From the NCBI GenBank assembly GCA_903934015.1, contig CAIZMI010000022.1, forward strand, positions 1 to 62,323: a DNA stretch of 62,323 nt. The letters run 5' to 3'. This document shows positions 7,727 to 16,747 of this stretch, piece by piece. Source of the stretch: an uncultured bacterium (GTDB lineage Bacteria; Patescibacteriota; Andersenbacteria; UBA10190; CAIZMI01). Within the stretch, counting starts at the first letter, position 1. Each line of letters begins with the position of its first letter. A program made the position numbers and the translations under genes. Under the pieces are notes generated by a model. The model made no database searches. It had not been told where the DNA came from and saw only the letters and a list, made by a program, of their open reading frames with translations.

Positions 7727-7855
7727 TTTTTTTTAGGTTTTTACTTAAAATATAATCCGCATCTCTCATTTGGTTTGTACAAAATTCCCCGTATCTTTTG
7801 ATAGTGGGGTGTTTTTAGTTTTCTCAAAAAGATAATATTCGGCTATGCTCATAGT

Positions 7856-9277
7856 ATGAATCAAACATTTAAACCAGGGACAAAAGTTTATTGTCTCGGC
7901 ATCGGTGGAATCGGTCTTTCCGGTGCGTCGCAATGGATGAAGGAGTTGGGTTGTGAAGTTTCAGGTTCAGATCGTGCCGTATCAATTGTGACGGAAATGT
8001 TGGAAAAGATGGGAATTTCAGTGAAAATTGAAGAAACGACAGTAAACGTTCCGGAAGAGACGCAAATTGTTGTTTATTCCGATGCGTTGCCGTTTGAACA
8101 CCCCGCTCGTGTTTTCGCGCGCGAGAAGGGGATTCGCGAAATGAACTATGCCAAATGTTTGGGCTTGCTTACTGAAAGTTATCGTTGTATCGCTGTTGCC
8201 GGAAGTCATGGAAAATCCACAACAACGGCGTTGATCGCACACATATTAACCGAGGCTGGTTTGGATCCGACGGTCGTGGTTGGCACAAAAGTTCCGACGC
8301 TGGGAAATGTAAATTTTCGTTTTGGGAAAAGCGATATTGTGGTTGTTGAGGCAGATGAATTTCGGAGCCATTTTTTGGAGCTTTCTCCAACAGTCGCCAT
8401 TATTAATAATATCGATCACGATCACGTTGATGTATTTCCAACGATTGAATTATATGTGGATGCATTTAGAAAGTTTATTGGGAAAATTAAAACGGGCGGA
8501 GAATTGATATTGTGGGCGAGTGATAAATATTCCACTGGTTTGATGGAATTGCGAAATGATTTGAAAATTTCAACTTTTGATTTGGTTAACGCGGAGATTG
8601 CTTCGGTCGCCACGCTGGCGACCTCGCAAAGACGAGACTACGCTGTAACTTTTCAAAGGTATGAAGATGGACGGCAATATTTTGTTGTCGCTTGTGATGG
8701 TGTTTCGTTGGGTGAATTTAATGTCGCATTTCCGGGCGATCACATGCTTTTGGATGCTGTTACAGCCATTTCGGCCGTAGCACCTTTCGTTGATGATGTT
8801 GAAAAAATTAGAAACGCTATGGCCACTTTTCGTGGTACGTGGCGTCGTTTTGAATTGGTCGGAAAATATAAAAGCGCGACCGTGATTTCGGATTACGCGC
8901 ATCATCCCACTGAATTAAGGGCGCTACTATCAGGAGCGAGACAAGCTTATCCAAACAAAAAAATTACGATCGTTTTTCAACCGCATCAAAGTACCAGAAC
9001 GCAAGCATTTGGGGACGATTTTGTTGAGGCTTTATCGCTGGCGGATGAGGTGCTTTTGGTGGAAGTGTTTAGTGTGGCGGGTAGGGATAATCCAAAAGAC
9101 TTTGCCACAGACAGGCATTGGGTGGAGATATTGAAGCAAAAAGGAAAAGAAGCATATTTTGCCGAGGATTTGTATATGGCAGAAAAGATGTTGCGTGAAA
9201 CGGAAACAACGGATGAAATTTTGTTGTTCGTGGGGGCGGGTTCAATTGATGGGTTGGCACGCAGTATTGTGCAATAA
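7856..9277 (+). CDS. murC: UDP-N-acetylmuramate--L-alanine ligase
   Basis: N-terminal GIGGIGLSG...GCEVSGSD Rossmann segment, P-loop AGSHGKSTTT, length 473 aa, adjacent to murB. Confidence 0.9.
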   Translation: MNQTFKPGTKVYCLGIGGIGLSGASQWMKELGCEVSGSDRAVSIVTEMLEKMGISVKIEETTVNVPEETQIVVYSDALPFEHPARVFAREKGIREMNYAKCLGLLTESYRCIAVAGSHGKSTTTALIAHILTEAGLDPTVVVGTKVPTLGNVNFRFGKSDIVVVEADEFRSHFLELSPTVAIINNIDHDHVDVFPTIELYVDAFRKFIGKIKTGGELILWASDKYSTGLMELRNDLKISTFDLVNAEIASVATLATSQRRDYAVTFQRYEDGRQYFVVACDGVSLGEFNVAFPGDHMLLDAVTAISAVAPFVDDVEKIRNAMATFRGTWRRFELVGKYKSATVISDYAHHPTELRALLSGARQAYPNKKITIVFQPHQSTRTQAFGDDFVEALSLADEVLLVEVFSVAGRDNPKDFATDRHWVEILKQKGKEAYFAEDLYMAEKMLRETETTDEILLFVGAGSIDGLARSIVQ

Positions 9278-9312
9278 TAGATACGTATTAATCCTTTCGG
9301 ACAGTAATCACA

Positions 9313-10185
9313 ATGCTAAATATTGAGGAAAATGTAATATTATCTAAATTTTGTACATGGCACGTTGGTGGTCCGGCGCGATATTTTGTGCGTGTTTCAA
9401 CTATCCAAGATCTTAAAGAGGCGTTGTTGTGGGCACAAGAAAAAAAACTTGCTCATTTTGTTTTAGGCGGTGGTTCAAATATACTTTTTTCGGATGTTGG
9501 TTATGCTGGATTAATTATCAAAATTGAGGGACGGGGAGTTGTAATTAACGGATCCGAATTGATTGTTGAAGCTGGAGCAATCGCTCGTTTGGCGGTGCTG
9601 AAGGCGTCTGAACTGAATCTGGGCGGATTGGAACATTTGGCGGGAATTCCCGGAACAATTGGCGGATTGGTGCGTGGTAATGCCGGTGCTTTTGGGATGG
9701 AAACAAAAGACTCTTTGGTGCGCGTGCATGTTCTTCATAATGTTGGTAATGAATGGAAGGAGGAAATATTGGAGAGGAAAGATGTATATTTTTCATATCG
9801 TGATTCGTTGTTTAAAAAGGAAACCGGTAGTTATATTATTTGGGACGCGACATTTGCGTTAATACCTATTCCGAAAGATGTAATCTTGAAGCTTGTGAAT
9901 GATGATTTATCTGCCAGAAAAGACAAACAACCATACACTTTTCCCAGTGCCGGATCGGTATTTAAGAATCCGTCACTTGAAATATCGGCCGGTCGATTGA
10001 TTGAAGAGTGTGGTTGTAAAGGCTTAAAAATTGGTGGGGCGGAAGTGAGCACACAACACGCCAATTTTATTTTAAACAAGGGAGGGGCGACTTCTTTTGA
10101 TATCCATGCGTTAATTGAGGAGATTAAAAAAAGAGTTTTTGAAGCAAAAGGGGTAAAACTGGTTGAGGAAGTAATTGTTCTATAA
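9313..10185 (+). CDS. murB: UDP-N-acetylenolpyruvoylglucosamine reductase
   Basis: GGGSNILF FAD-binding motif, SAGSVFKNP motif, 290 aa. Confidence 0.85.
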   Translation: MLNIEENVILSKFCTWHVGGPARYFVRVSTIQDLKEALLWAQEKKLAHFVLGGGSNILFSDVGYAGLIIKIEGRGVVINGSELIVEAGAIARLAVLKASELNLGGLEHLAGIPGTIGGLVRGNAGAFGMETKDSLVRVHVLHNVGNEWKEEILERKDVYFSYRDSLFKKETGSYIIWDATFALIPIPKDVILKLVNDDLSARKDKQPYTFPSAGSVFKNPSLEISAGRLIEECGCKGLKIGGAEVSTQHANFILNKGGATSFDIHALIEEIKKRVFEAKGVKLVEEVIVL

Positions 10186-10351
10186 TCAAGATTATGCCTG
10201 TAAAAAAACATTATATTCCATATATTTCTCTTATCAGTGGCATCGCGATTATAATAATTACCGTTGGGTTGATCATCTTTTTTCAGTGGGAAAATATTCA
10301 ACAAACAATAAGCAAGGTGACTTGTCAAGAGCGTGTTAATGTGCTATTTTA

Positions 10352-11311
10352 TTGTCAATGAAGTATTCTGTCGTAATTCCAGCATATAACGAAGAGGGTA
10401 ATATATCGCAGTTGGTGGCGAAAATTAGTGTGGTAATGAACCAACTTTCGCCCGATTGGGAGCTGATTTTTATTGACGACGGTTCTAAAGATAAAACTTT
10501 GGAAAAAATGCGCGAGGAGCGTCAAAAAGACAGTCGAGTAAAGATTATTCGTTTTCGTCGAAACTTTGGTCAGTCTGTCGGTTGGCAGGCGGGATTTGAT
10601 TATGCAACCGGTGAAATAGTAATAACCATGGATGCGGATATGCAGAACGATCCGGCCGATATACCGGCGATGGTGAAAATGGTTGAGACGGGTGGTTATG
10701 ATGTTGTTTCCGGTTGGCGTTCAATGCGACAAGATTCTTTGTACATAAAATTTTTGAGCAAGATTGGAAATTGGTTAAGAAGGATTGTTACCGGCGATAA
10801 AACGCATGATCATGGTTGCAGTCTTAAAGTGTATAAAAAAGAATGTCTGGATAGTATCGAATTTTATAGCGATTTGCATCGAAGGTATATTGCCGCCCTT
10901 TTGGCGTGGAAAGGTTTTAAAGTCGGAGAAATGAAAACCACGCATCATGCGCGAAAGTATGGTCAATCGAAATATTCCGTTAGAAAGAAATGGAAGGGTT
11001 TATTAGATTTATTGGTGGTTAAGTTTTGGATGCAATATTCGACGCGCCCAATTCATTTATTTGGTTCACTCGGATTAGCAATTTCCGGAGCGGGGTTTTT
11101 GCTGGGTGGAACTCTTTCCGTTCTTTGGTTGTTAAGGATGATTTCTTTGCAAAACAGAACCACGCCTCTTTTGGCGGTGTTGCTTGTGATGATCGGGTTA
11201 CAGCTTTTAATGACTGGTTTTATCGCAGATACGGTTTCGATGACCTACTATTCGACTAAGAGAGCTTATACTGTAGAGTTGTTGGAGGGGTTTGAAAAAC
11301 CTGGCGAATGA
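10352..11311 (+). CDS. GT2 polyprenyl-phosphate glycosyltransferase (DPM1/ArnC/GtrB-like) with C-terminal TM helices
   Basis: VVIPAYNEEGNI, FIDDGSKDKT, MDADMQNDP (DxD), two hydrophobic C-terminal helices. Confidence 0.85.
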   Translation: MSMKYSVVIPAYNEEGNISQLVAKISVVMNQLSPDWELIFIDDGSKDKTLEKMREERQKDSRVKIIRFRRNFGQSVGWQAGFDYATGEIVITMDADMQNDPADIPAMVKMVETGGYDVVSGWRSMRQDSLYIKFLSKIGNWLRRIVTGDKTHDHGCSLKVYKKECLDSIEFYSDLHRRYIAALLAWKGFKVGEMKTTHHARKYGQSKYSVRKKWKGLLDLLVVKFWMQYSTRPIHLFGSLGLAISGAGFLLGGTLSVLWLLRMISLQNRTTPLLAVLLVMIGLQLLMTGFIADTVSMTYYSTKRAYTVELLEGFEKPGE

Positions 11312-12492
11312 AATTATTACTGATCAACAATGAGTTTCCTCCGATTGGTGGCGGTGGCTCGACGGTTGCCAAGTACGCGGTAAAATATTTTTCTGAAGCT
11401 GGTCATGACGTAACCTTGATTACGTCTAGTTTTCGTGATTTGCCACGCAAGGAAAAATTTAGTGCTTCTTTTGTCGGGGATGGAATCAATAAAGGAAGCG
11501 TAACAATTATTCGTGTTCCGGCTTTTCGAAGATATAAAGATTATTGTTCGGCATGGGAATTAATTTCGTTTGGGATATCCGCCTTATTTTATTGTTTGTG
11601 GTATGTGCCAAGTCAAAAACCAGACGTTATTCATGCCTATTTCGCCTTACCCGCAGGATGGGTGGCCCGAATAATCCATCTTATTTATGGGACTCCTTTT
11701 TCAGTTTATTTCGGTGGCTCTGATATGCCTGGTTCAAATCCGTCACGTTATAAAAAATTATATCCGTATATCACCCTTTTGACGCGCTGGGTCTGGCGCG
11801 GTGCTTCAGTTTCTACAGTCTGTTCTCATGGTCTTTTTGAACTTGGTCGTAAATTGGATCCAAAATATGATTTTCGTTTGGTTCCGAATGGTGTGGAGCT
11901 TTCGCGGTTTGTTCCGGTGGAAAGACGGCCAAATCCAAAAGTAAAGATATTGTTTATTGGTCGTCTTATCGCGCGAAAAGGGTTTCAGTATGTCGTGCAG
12001 GCTTTACCGCGTATTCAACAGATTACTAACGTTCCATTCGAAGTGGAGGTTGTTGGAACCGGGGCAATGCGTTCTCATTTGGACGGTTTAGCCGTAAAAC
12101 TAGGGGTCAGTCATTTGATTAAATATGTTGGTACCGTGCCTTATGAAAAGTTGCATGAAAGTTATCAAGGAGCGGATGTTTTTGTGCTTACTTCCGAATC
12201 GGAGGGAATGCCGGCAGTTACACTTGAGGCGATGGGTTGTGGATTGCCAATTATTACAACAAATGTTCCCGGAAATCGGGAAATTGTGCGTGAAGGTGAA
12301 AACGGTTATCTTATTGATGTAGGCGATACGGAAAAACTGGCTCAAGATTTGGCTAAATTAATTCAAAATGAGGAGTTAAGAAAAAAAATGGGTGTAGCCA
12401 GTCGTCAATTTGTTCAGGGCTACGAATGGCGAGAGATAATTAAACAGTATGAAAATATTTTAAAGGAGATTGTTTATCACAAAAAAACATGA
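11308..12492 (+). CDS. GT4-family glycosyltransferase
   Basis: N-terminal EFPPIGGGGS and an E-x7-E region (SEGMPAVTLEAMGCGLPIITT). ATGA overlap with the upstream gene. Confidence 0.85.
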   Translation: MKLLLINNEFPPIGGGGSTVAKYAVKYFSEAGHDVTLITSSFRDLPRKEKFSASFVGDGINKGSVTIIRVPAFRRYKDYCSAWELISFGISALFYCLWYVPSQKPDVIHAYFALPAGWVARIIHLIYGTPFSVYFGGSDMPGSNPSRYKKLYPYITLLTRWVWRGASVSTVCSHGLFELGRKLDPKYDFRLVPNGVELSRFVPVERRPNPKVKILFIGRLIARKGFQYVVQALPRIQQITNVPFEVEVVGTGAMRSHLDGLAVKLGVSHLIKYVGTVPYEKLHESYQGADVFVLTSESEGMPAVTLEAMGCGLPIITTNVPGNREIVREGENGYLIDVGDTEKLAQDLAKLIQNEELRKKMGVASRQFVQGYEWREIIKQYENILKEIVYHKKT

Positions 12493-13517
12493 CAACGTCC
12501 AAAAGCGAAATTAAAGAAACTTCTAGTTTTGAGAAAACATTTGCGGGAAAGCGAGTATTAATTACCGGTGGTTTGGGTTTTATCGGGAGCAACATCGCGC
12601 ATGCGTTAGTGGAAATGGGTGCGGAAGTTACTGTTTTAGACGCATTACTTCCGCTTTATGGCGGAAACGAATTCAATGTCGCGGATATAAAAAATAAGAT
12701 AAAAGTGGTGATTGGAGATATCCGTGACGAGAAAATTGTTAATGAAGTGGTGGCGGGGCAGGATTTTATCTTTAATCTTGCGGCACAAGTAAGTTATATT
12801 GATAGCATTAACGAGCCATTTTTGGATTTAGATATTAATTGTTTGGGGCATTTGCGAGTCTTAGAAGCGGCGCGAAAATTTGCTCCGCAAACTAAAATCC
12901 TATTTTCTTCTTCGCGTTTGGCTTATGGTCGCATCATGACAACACCGGTGGATGAAAGTCATCCGACAAATCCTGTGAGTATGTATGGTGTGCATAAACT
13001 TACTGCCGAAAAATATTACCGTATCTATTTTGAAACGTATGGTTTGAAGTCGGCCGTAATTCGAATACCAAATCCGTATGGTCCGCGTCAACAAATGAAA
13101 CATAATAAATATTCGATTGTTGGTTGGTTTATTCGGCAGGCCTTAGAGGGGAAGGACATTACGATTTTTGGTGACGGAAAACAAGAAAGAGATTATTTGT
13201 ATATTGATGATATTGTTTCTGCTTTTTTGAAAGTGGCCTCTTCGGACAAAACAAACGGTGAGATTTATAATATTGGGACGCATGAGCGTGTCTGTTTTGT
13301 GGATATGGTAGACGCGATTTTGGCGGAAATTTCTACGGGTAAGAAAACACATATTCCATGGCCAAAAAATTACGAACGCAATGAAACCGGAAACTATATT
13401 GCCGATACGCGAAAAATAAAGCGCGCCGTTGGTTGGGAAGCGACGGTTTCGCTAAAATCCGGTATCACCGAAACGGTTGAATATTTTAAGGATAATAAAG
13501 AGCAATATTGGAAGTAG
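12489..13517 (+). CDS. NAD-dependent nucleotide-sugar epimerase/dehydratase (SDR)
   Basis: GGLGFIGSNIAHAL Rossmann motif, YGVHK (YxxxK), 342 aa. Confidence 0.85.
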   Translation: MTTSKSEIKETSSFEKTFAGKRVLITGGLGFIGSNIAHALVEMGAEVTVLDALLPLYGGNEFNVADIKNKIKVVIGDIRDEKIVNEVVAGQDFIFNLAAQVSYIDSINEPFLDLDINCLGHLRVLEAARKFAPQTKILFSSSRLAYGRIMTTPVDESHPTNPVSMYGVHKLTAEKYYRIYFETYGLKSAVIRIPNPYGPRQQMKHNKYSIVGWFIRQALEGKDITIFGDGKQERDYLYIDDIVSAFLKVASSDKTNGEIYNIGTHERVCFVDMVDAILAEISTGKKTHIPWPKNYERNETGNYIADTRKIKRAVGWEATVSLKSGITETVEYFKDNKEQYWK

Positions 13518-13533
13518 TTTATTATTAACAAGT

Positions 13534-13562
13534 AAAAAAAGACCTTCACGGGTGTGAAGGTG
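13534..13562. terminator. Bidirectional hairpin terminator between convergent genes
   Basis: aaaaaaa, then accttcac-gggt-gtgaaggt. The minus-strand reading is followed by a T7 run, directly after the stop of the 13563-14156 gene. Confidence 0.65.
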
Positions 13563-14156
13563 TTAATTGAGGCCACGATATCGAATTTTGTCTGTGAGGG
13601 ATTTTGCGAACATCCAAAGAAGGACGATAGCCCAGGCGAGGAGAAAGTCGATTCCTAGTCCGGCAATAGCCGTTATACAGATAATGGGGAAGATGCGCAT
13701 CTCTCCCGTTGTGTATTTGATCTCTCCATCGGGGATGTATTCTGTCTTCATAATTTCCACAAAGTAGGGTGCTTCGTCGACATACTTTTCAGTTGTGTAT
13801 ACTTTTCCGCTCCATATCGTGCGGTATGTTACTATGCCGATGGACCCGGGCGCTATCATTACCAGGTGACGATTGTCGGTCTTGGAAAAGTCTTTCTGGT
13901 ACTGATAGAACGGCACATTTTTTGCTCCCAACGCTTTGTCACGGCCGTTATTTTCCAGCCACTTGCCAATTTCGAAACCATCCGTACCCGTGTGAACCTC
14001 GGCGTTTTTTGGCAACCAAATTTTTGCCGTAAAAACACGGTTGCTGTTTGCCCTGCCTTTTCGGCAGGCGTCTGTGGCCACCCACGTGGGAATAGACAAG
14101 AAAAAGAGACAAAAAATGGCAAAGGCGCAAGTCTTCTTCAGTGTTTCAGTACTCAT
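13563..14156 (-). CDS. Hypothetical membrane-anchored protein (197 aa)
   Basis: N-terminal hydrophobic signal/anchor (CAFAIFCLFFLSIPTWV), C-terminal TM (FPIICITAIAGLGIDFLLAWAIVLLWMF), own terminator. Confidence 0.65.
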   Translation of the reverse strand: MSTETLKKTCAFAIFCLFFLSIPTWVATDACRKGRANSNRVFTAKIWLPKNAEVHTGTDGFEIGKWLENNGRDKALGAKNVPFYQYQKDFSKTDNRHLVMIAPGSIGIVTYRTIWSGKVYTTEKYVDEAPYFVEIMKTEYIPDGEIKYTTGEMRIFPIICITAIAGLGIDFLLAWAIVLLWMFAKSLTDKIRYRGLN

Positions 14157-14266
14157 CGTGTTTCCTTCTTCGGAAATGGTTTTTGGGAAAGAACAACTCT
14201 ATAACATACTCATAATCGACAAAATTGTCAAGTGGGGTGTTTGGCTGTAGAATATGAAATAGACAA

Positions 14267-16717
14267 ATGAATTTTTGTGATGCATTGAAAACAAGAAGCG
14301 GGTTTCTCGTGAAAGCGGGCTTGGTTTTAGCTGTGCTGATACTGCTGATAGTTGTCGTTGTTGGCTATGTAATACGCGTACCGTATGCTATCACGAGACA
14401 AAACTTAAACAATCGTTCGATTGATGAAATTACGGGAGCGAGGGAAGTGGGGCAGATTTTTAAATCTGAAGAAAATAATTTAGTTGGGATCGGTTTTCAA
14501 TTTGCCACTTTTGGCGAGCGCAAAAATGATAAGGAAGTAATCTTTGAATTGCGTCAAAACCTGGAAGACAGGGACCCGCTTCGAACAGTAGAAATTAATG
14601 CCAGTGTTTTGGTGGATCATGGGATGTATGAATTCAAATTCGATCCAATTATCGAATCGAAAGGAAAGAAGTATTACGCATCGGTTCGTTCACCCGAATC
14701 AGTAGAAGGGAACGCAATTACGGTTGATTATCGAAACGGTGATGTTTATGGTGGTAAGGAGAATTCGTTGATTGTTTTGGCAGGAGGCAGAGGTGTTGAA
14801 AAGGCCTTTGCAAACGTCCAAAAAACGGATCGTGATATGGCGTTTATGGTTTATAACAATATATCCGGATTGGAATTTGCGAAATTAACCGGAATTCGAG
14901 CGATAAAAGATTTTATTTTATCACTTAAAAATCAACGCGGTGAATATGAGCGTGCCGGGAGATTCATGTTTTTTGCCGTTTTGCTCGCCGTTGTTATTCT
15001 ATTTTTTCGCGACAAGGTAGAGCAGTTTTTTGACAATAGAAAATATTTTTGGATTTTTATTCTCGTGTTGGTATTGGGTGGAGCCGGTTTAAGAATGATG
15101 TATGTTAATCAGATGCCTTATACCAACGATGAAGGTTTTTATTTGTATGACGCGCGCACGGTTTTGCAGGGAAAACTGCCCGGTGGTGACGCGATAGCAA
15201 AGGCACCGGTATTTATTGGAGCCACCGCGTTAATGATCGCTGTTTTGGGCAATATATTAAGTGCCGGTCGATTGGTGAGCCTAATTTGTGGTGTTCTCAC
15301 GGCTTGGCCGTTGTATATATTGGGTAAACGTATTGGTGGAAAACGGGCAGGGATTATTGCTTCCGCTATTTGGTTATTAACCGGTGCCCCAGCATTATTT
15401 AATTCCTACGGCCACACGCAAAGTATTCAAATGCTGTTTAGTGCGCTTGCTTTGGCGTTTTTAGTGATTGCTCAAAATAAGAAAAAATGGCAGTGGTTTA
15501 TTTTTGCGGGAATCATTCTTGGAATTAGTATCGTTGCGCGTAAAAGTTCCTTAGCGCTAGGTTTTCCAATTATTTTTATTTTGTTGATGGATAAAATAAC
15601 ATGGAAAAATCGTCTTATTAATACTGGAATTTTTGGGCTTGGCATGTTGGCAGTTCTTGTCACCTTTCTTGGGATAATTTTCGAGCTATATGGAAAAACA
15701 GGCGTTTTGTATGCCACCGGAATCAGTTTGGCCAAAGAGTCAATTGATCAACTTGGTGATAGGGGGGATTTGTATGCTACTTATTCAGTAAATGGTATTT
15801 TACCTTTTTTCCGTGAGGCATTACCGTTGATTTTTTTGGCATTTGTAATGTTGGGTCAATTTTTGGAGCGTCTTCTTGCGCGCGTAAATTGGTTGCTTGC
15901 TCGCTTTGCTTGGGTTGTGCCGTTAATGTTAGTGGCGGGAAGTAAGTATTTTCTTGATAATTTTGAAGAAAAAACTCGTCTTTCGCCCGGGGTAGGAATT
16001 TTTTGGGCGGTAATGGGGATAATAATTGTTTTATTGGCAATCTTTCCGTTGCGCAGAAAGGAAACAGATTTAGTCGAAAATATTTTATGGCAGTGGATGC
16101 CATTGATTTGGTTTGTAGCGATTGCAATCTTCTATGCCGTTTGGATAAAATTTACCGCCAATTACATCGCCGAATTTTTACCGGCATTGGCGTTAACGGC
16201 GACTTTTGGAGCAAAATGGTTGGCGGATAGTTTTCAAAAAAGAAAAGTCGCGTTAGTGCTGGTCGCAACAATGCTTATTTGGGCAAACTATAGCTCGGCC
16301 GAAAATTCATTTAAATTTAATCATACCGGTACGTTTCATTGGTCAGCGATATTGGAAACAGCCGATTATTTAAAGAAGAATGTTCCGCAGAACGAATTGG
16401 TGCAAACAGGCGCTGTCGCGATTCCGTATGTATCGGGACATCATGTGCCATTCGATGCTTCGCATCCTACCTGGTATGCGTATGGGTTTATCGAGCCCGA
16501 ATTACGTAATGTCTTTATGGCTTCATCTGAACAAATGGTTGATGCGGTGTTAAATAAAGTAAATTGGTTTGTGTTGGATAAGGTGACAGAATTTTCCTAT
16601 TATTTGGAATATCCAATGATCGAAAAAGATGTAAATGATAATTATTCTCTTGTTAAATCGATTGAAAATTATTCAAACACAATTCGAGTTTATAAACGCA
16701 ATAAGTCTTCTCAGTAA
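14267..16717 (+). CDS. Large polytopic membrane protein, GT-C (ArnT/PMT-like) glycosyltransferase candidate with N-terminal extracytoplasmic domain
   Basis: 816 aa with more than 10 hydrophobic segments. An acidic loop motif (YTNDEGFYLYDA) follows a TM, as in the ArnT/PMT family. Confidence 0.7.
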   Translation: MNFCDALKTRSGFLVKAGLVLAVLILLIVVVVGYVIRVPYAITRQNLNNRSIDEITGAREVGQIFKSEENNLVGIGFQFATFGERKNDKEVIFELRQNLEDRDPLRTVEINASVLVDHGMYEFKFDPIIESKGKKYYASVRSPESVEGNAITVDYRNGDVYGGKENSLIVLAGGRGVEKAFANVQKTDRDMAFMVYNNISGLEFAKLTGIRAIKDFILSLKNQRGEYERAGRFMFFAVLLAVVILFFRDKVEQFFDNRKYFWIFILVLVLGGAGLRMMYVNQMPYTNDEGFYLYDARTVLQGKLPGGDAIAKAPVFIGATALMIAVLGNILSAGRLVSLICGVLTAWPLYILGKRIGGKRAGIIASAIWLLTGAPALFNSYGHTQSIQMLFSALALAFLVIAQNKKKWQWFIFAGIILGISIVARKSSLALGFPIIFILLMDKITWKNRLINTGIFGLGMLAVLVTFLGIIFELYGKTGVLYATGISLAKESIDQLGDRGDLYATYSVNGILPFFREALPLIFLAFVMLGQFLERLLARVNWLLARFAWVVPLMLVAGSKYFLDNFEEKTRLSPGVGIFWAVMGIIIVLLAIFPLRRKETDLVENILWQWMPLIWFVAIAIFYAVWIKFTANYIAEFLPALALTATFGAKWLADSFQKRKVALVLVATMLIWANYSSAENSFKFNHTGTFHWSAILETADYLKKNVPQNELVQTGAVAIPYVSGHHVPFDASHPTWYAYGFIEPELRNVFMASSEQMVDAVLNKVNWFVLDKVTEFSYYLEYPMIEKDVNDNYSLVKSIENYSNTIRVYKRNKSSQ

Positions 16718-16747
16718 GACAATTTTATTGTATTGTTGATATAGTTC

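Noticed and set aside
7751-7820. Possible tiny transcript or attenuator upstream of murC (TATAAT at 7751-7756, imperfect hairpin cccc...gggg at 7787-7809, T-run at 7812-7816)
   Set aside because: The hairpin is imperfect (a wobble pair and a bulge) and no convincing -35 box is present. It could equally be the tail of repeat copy 3 and its flank. Evidence is too weak to annotate.
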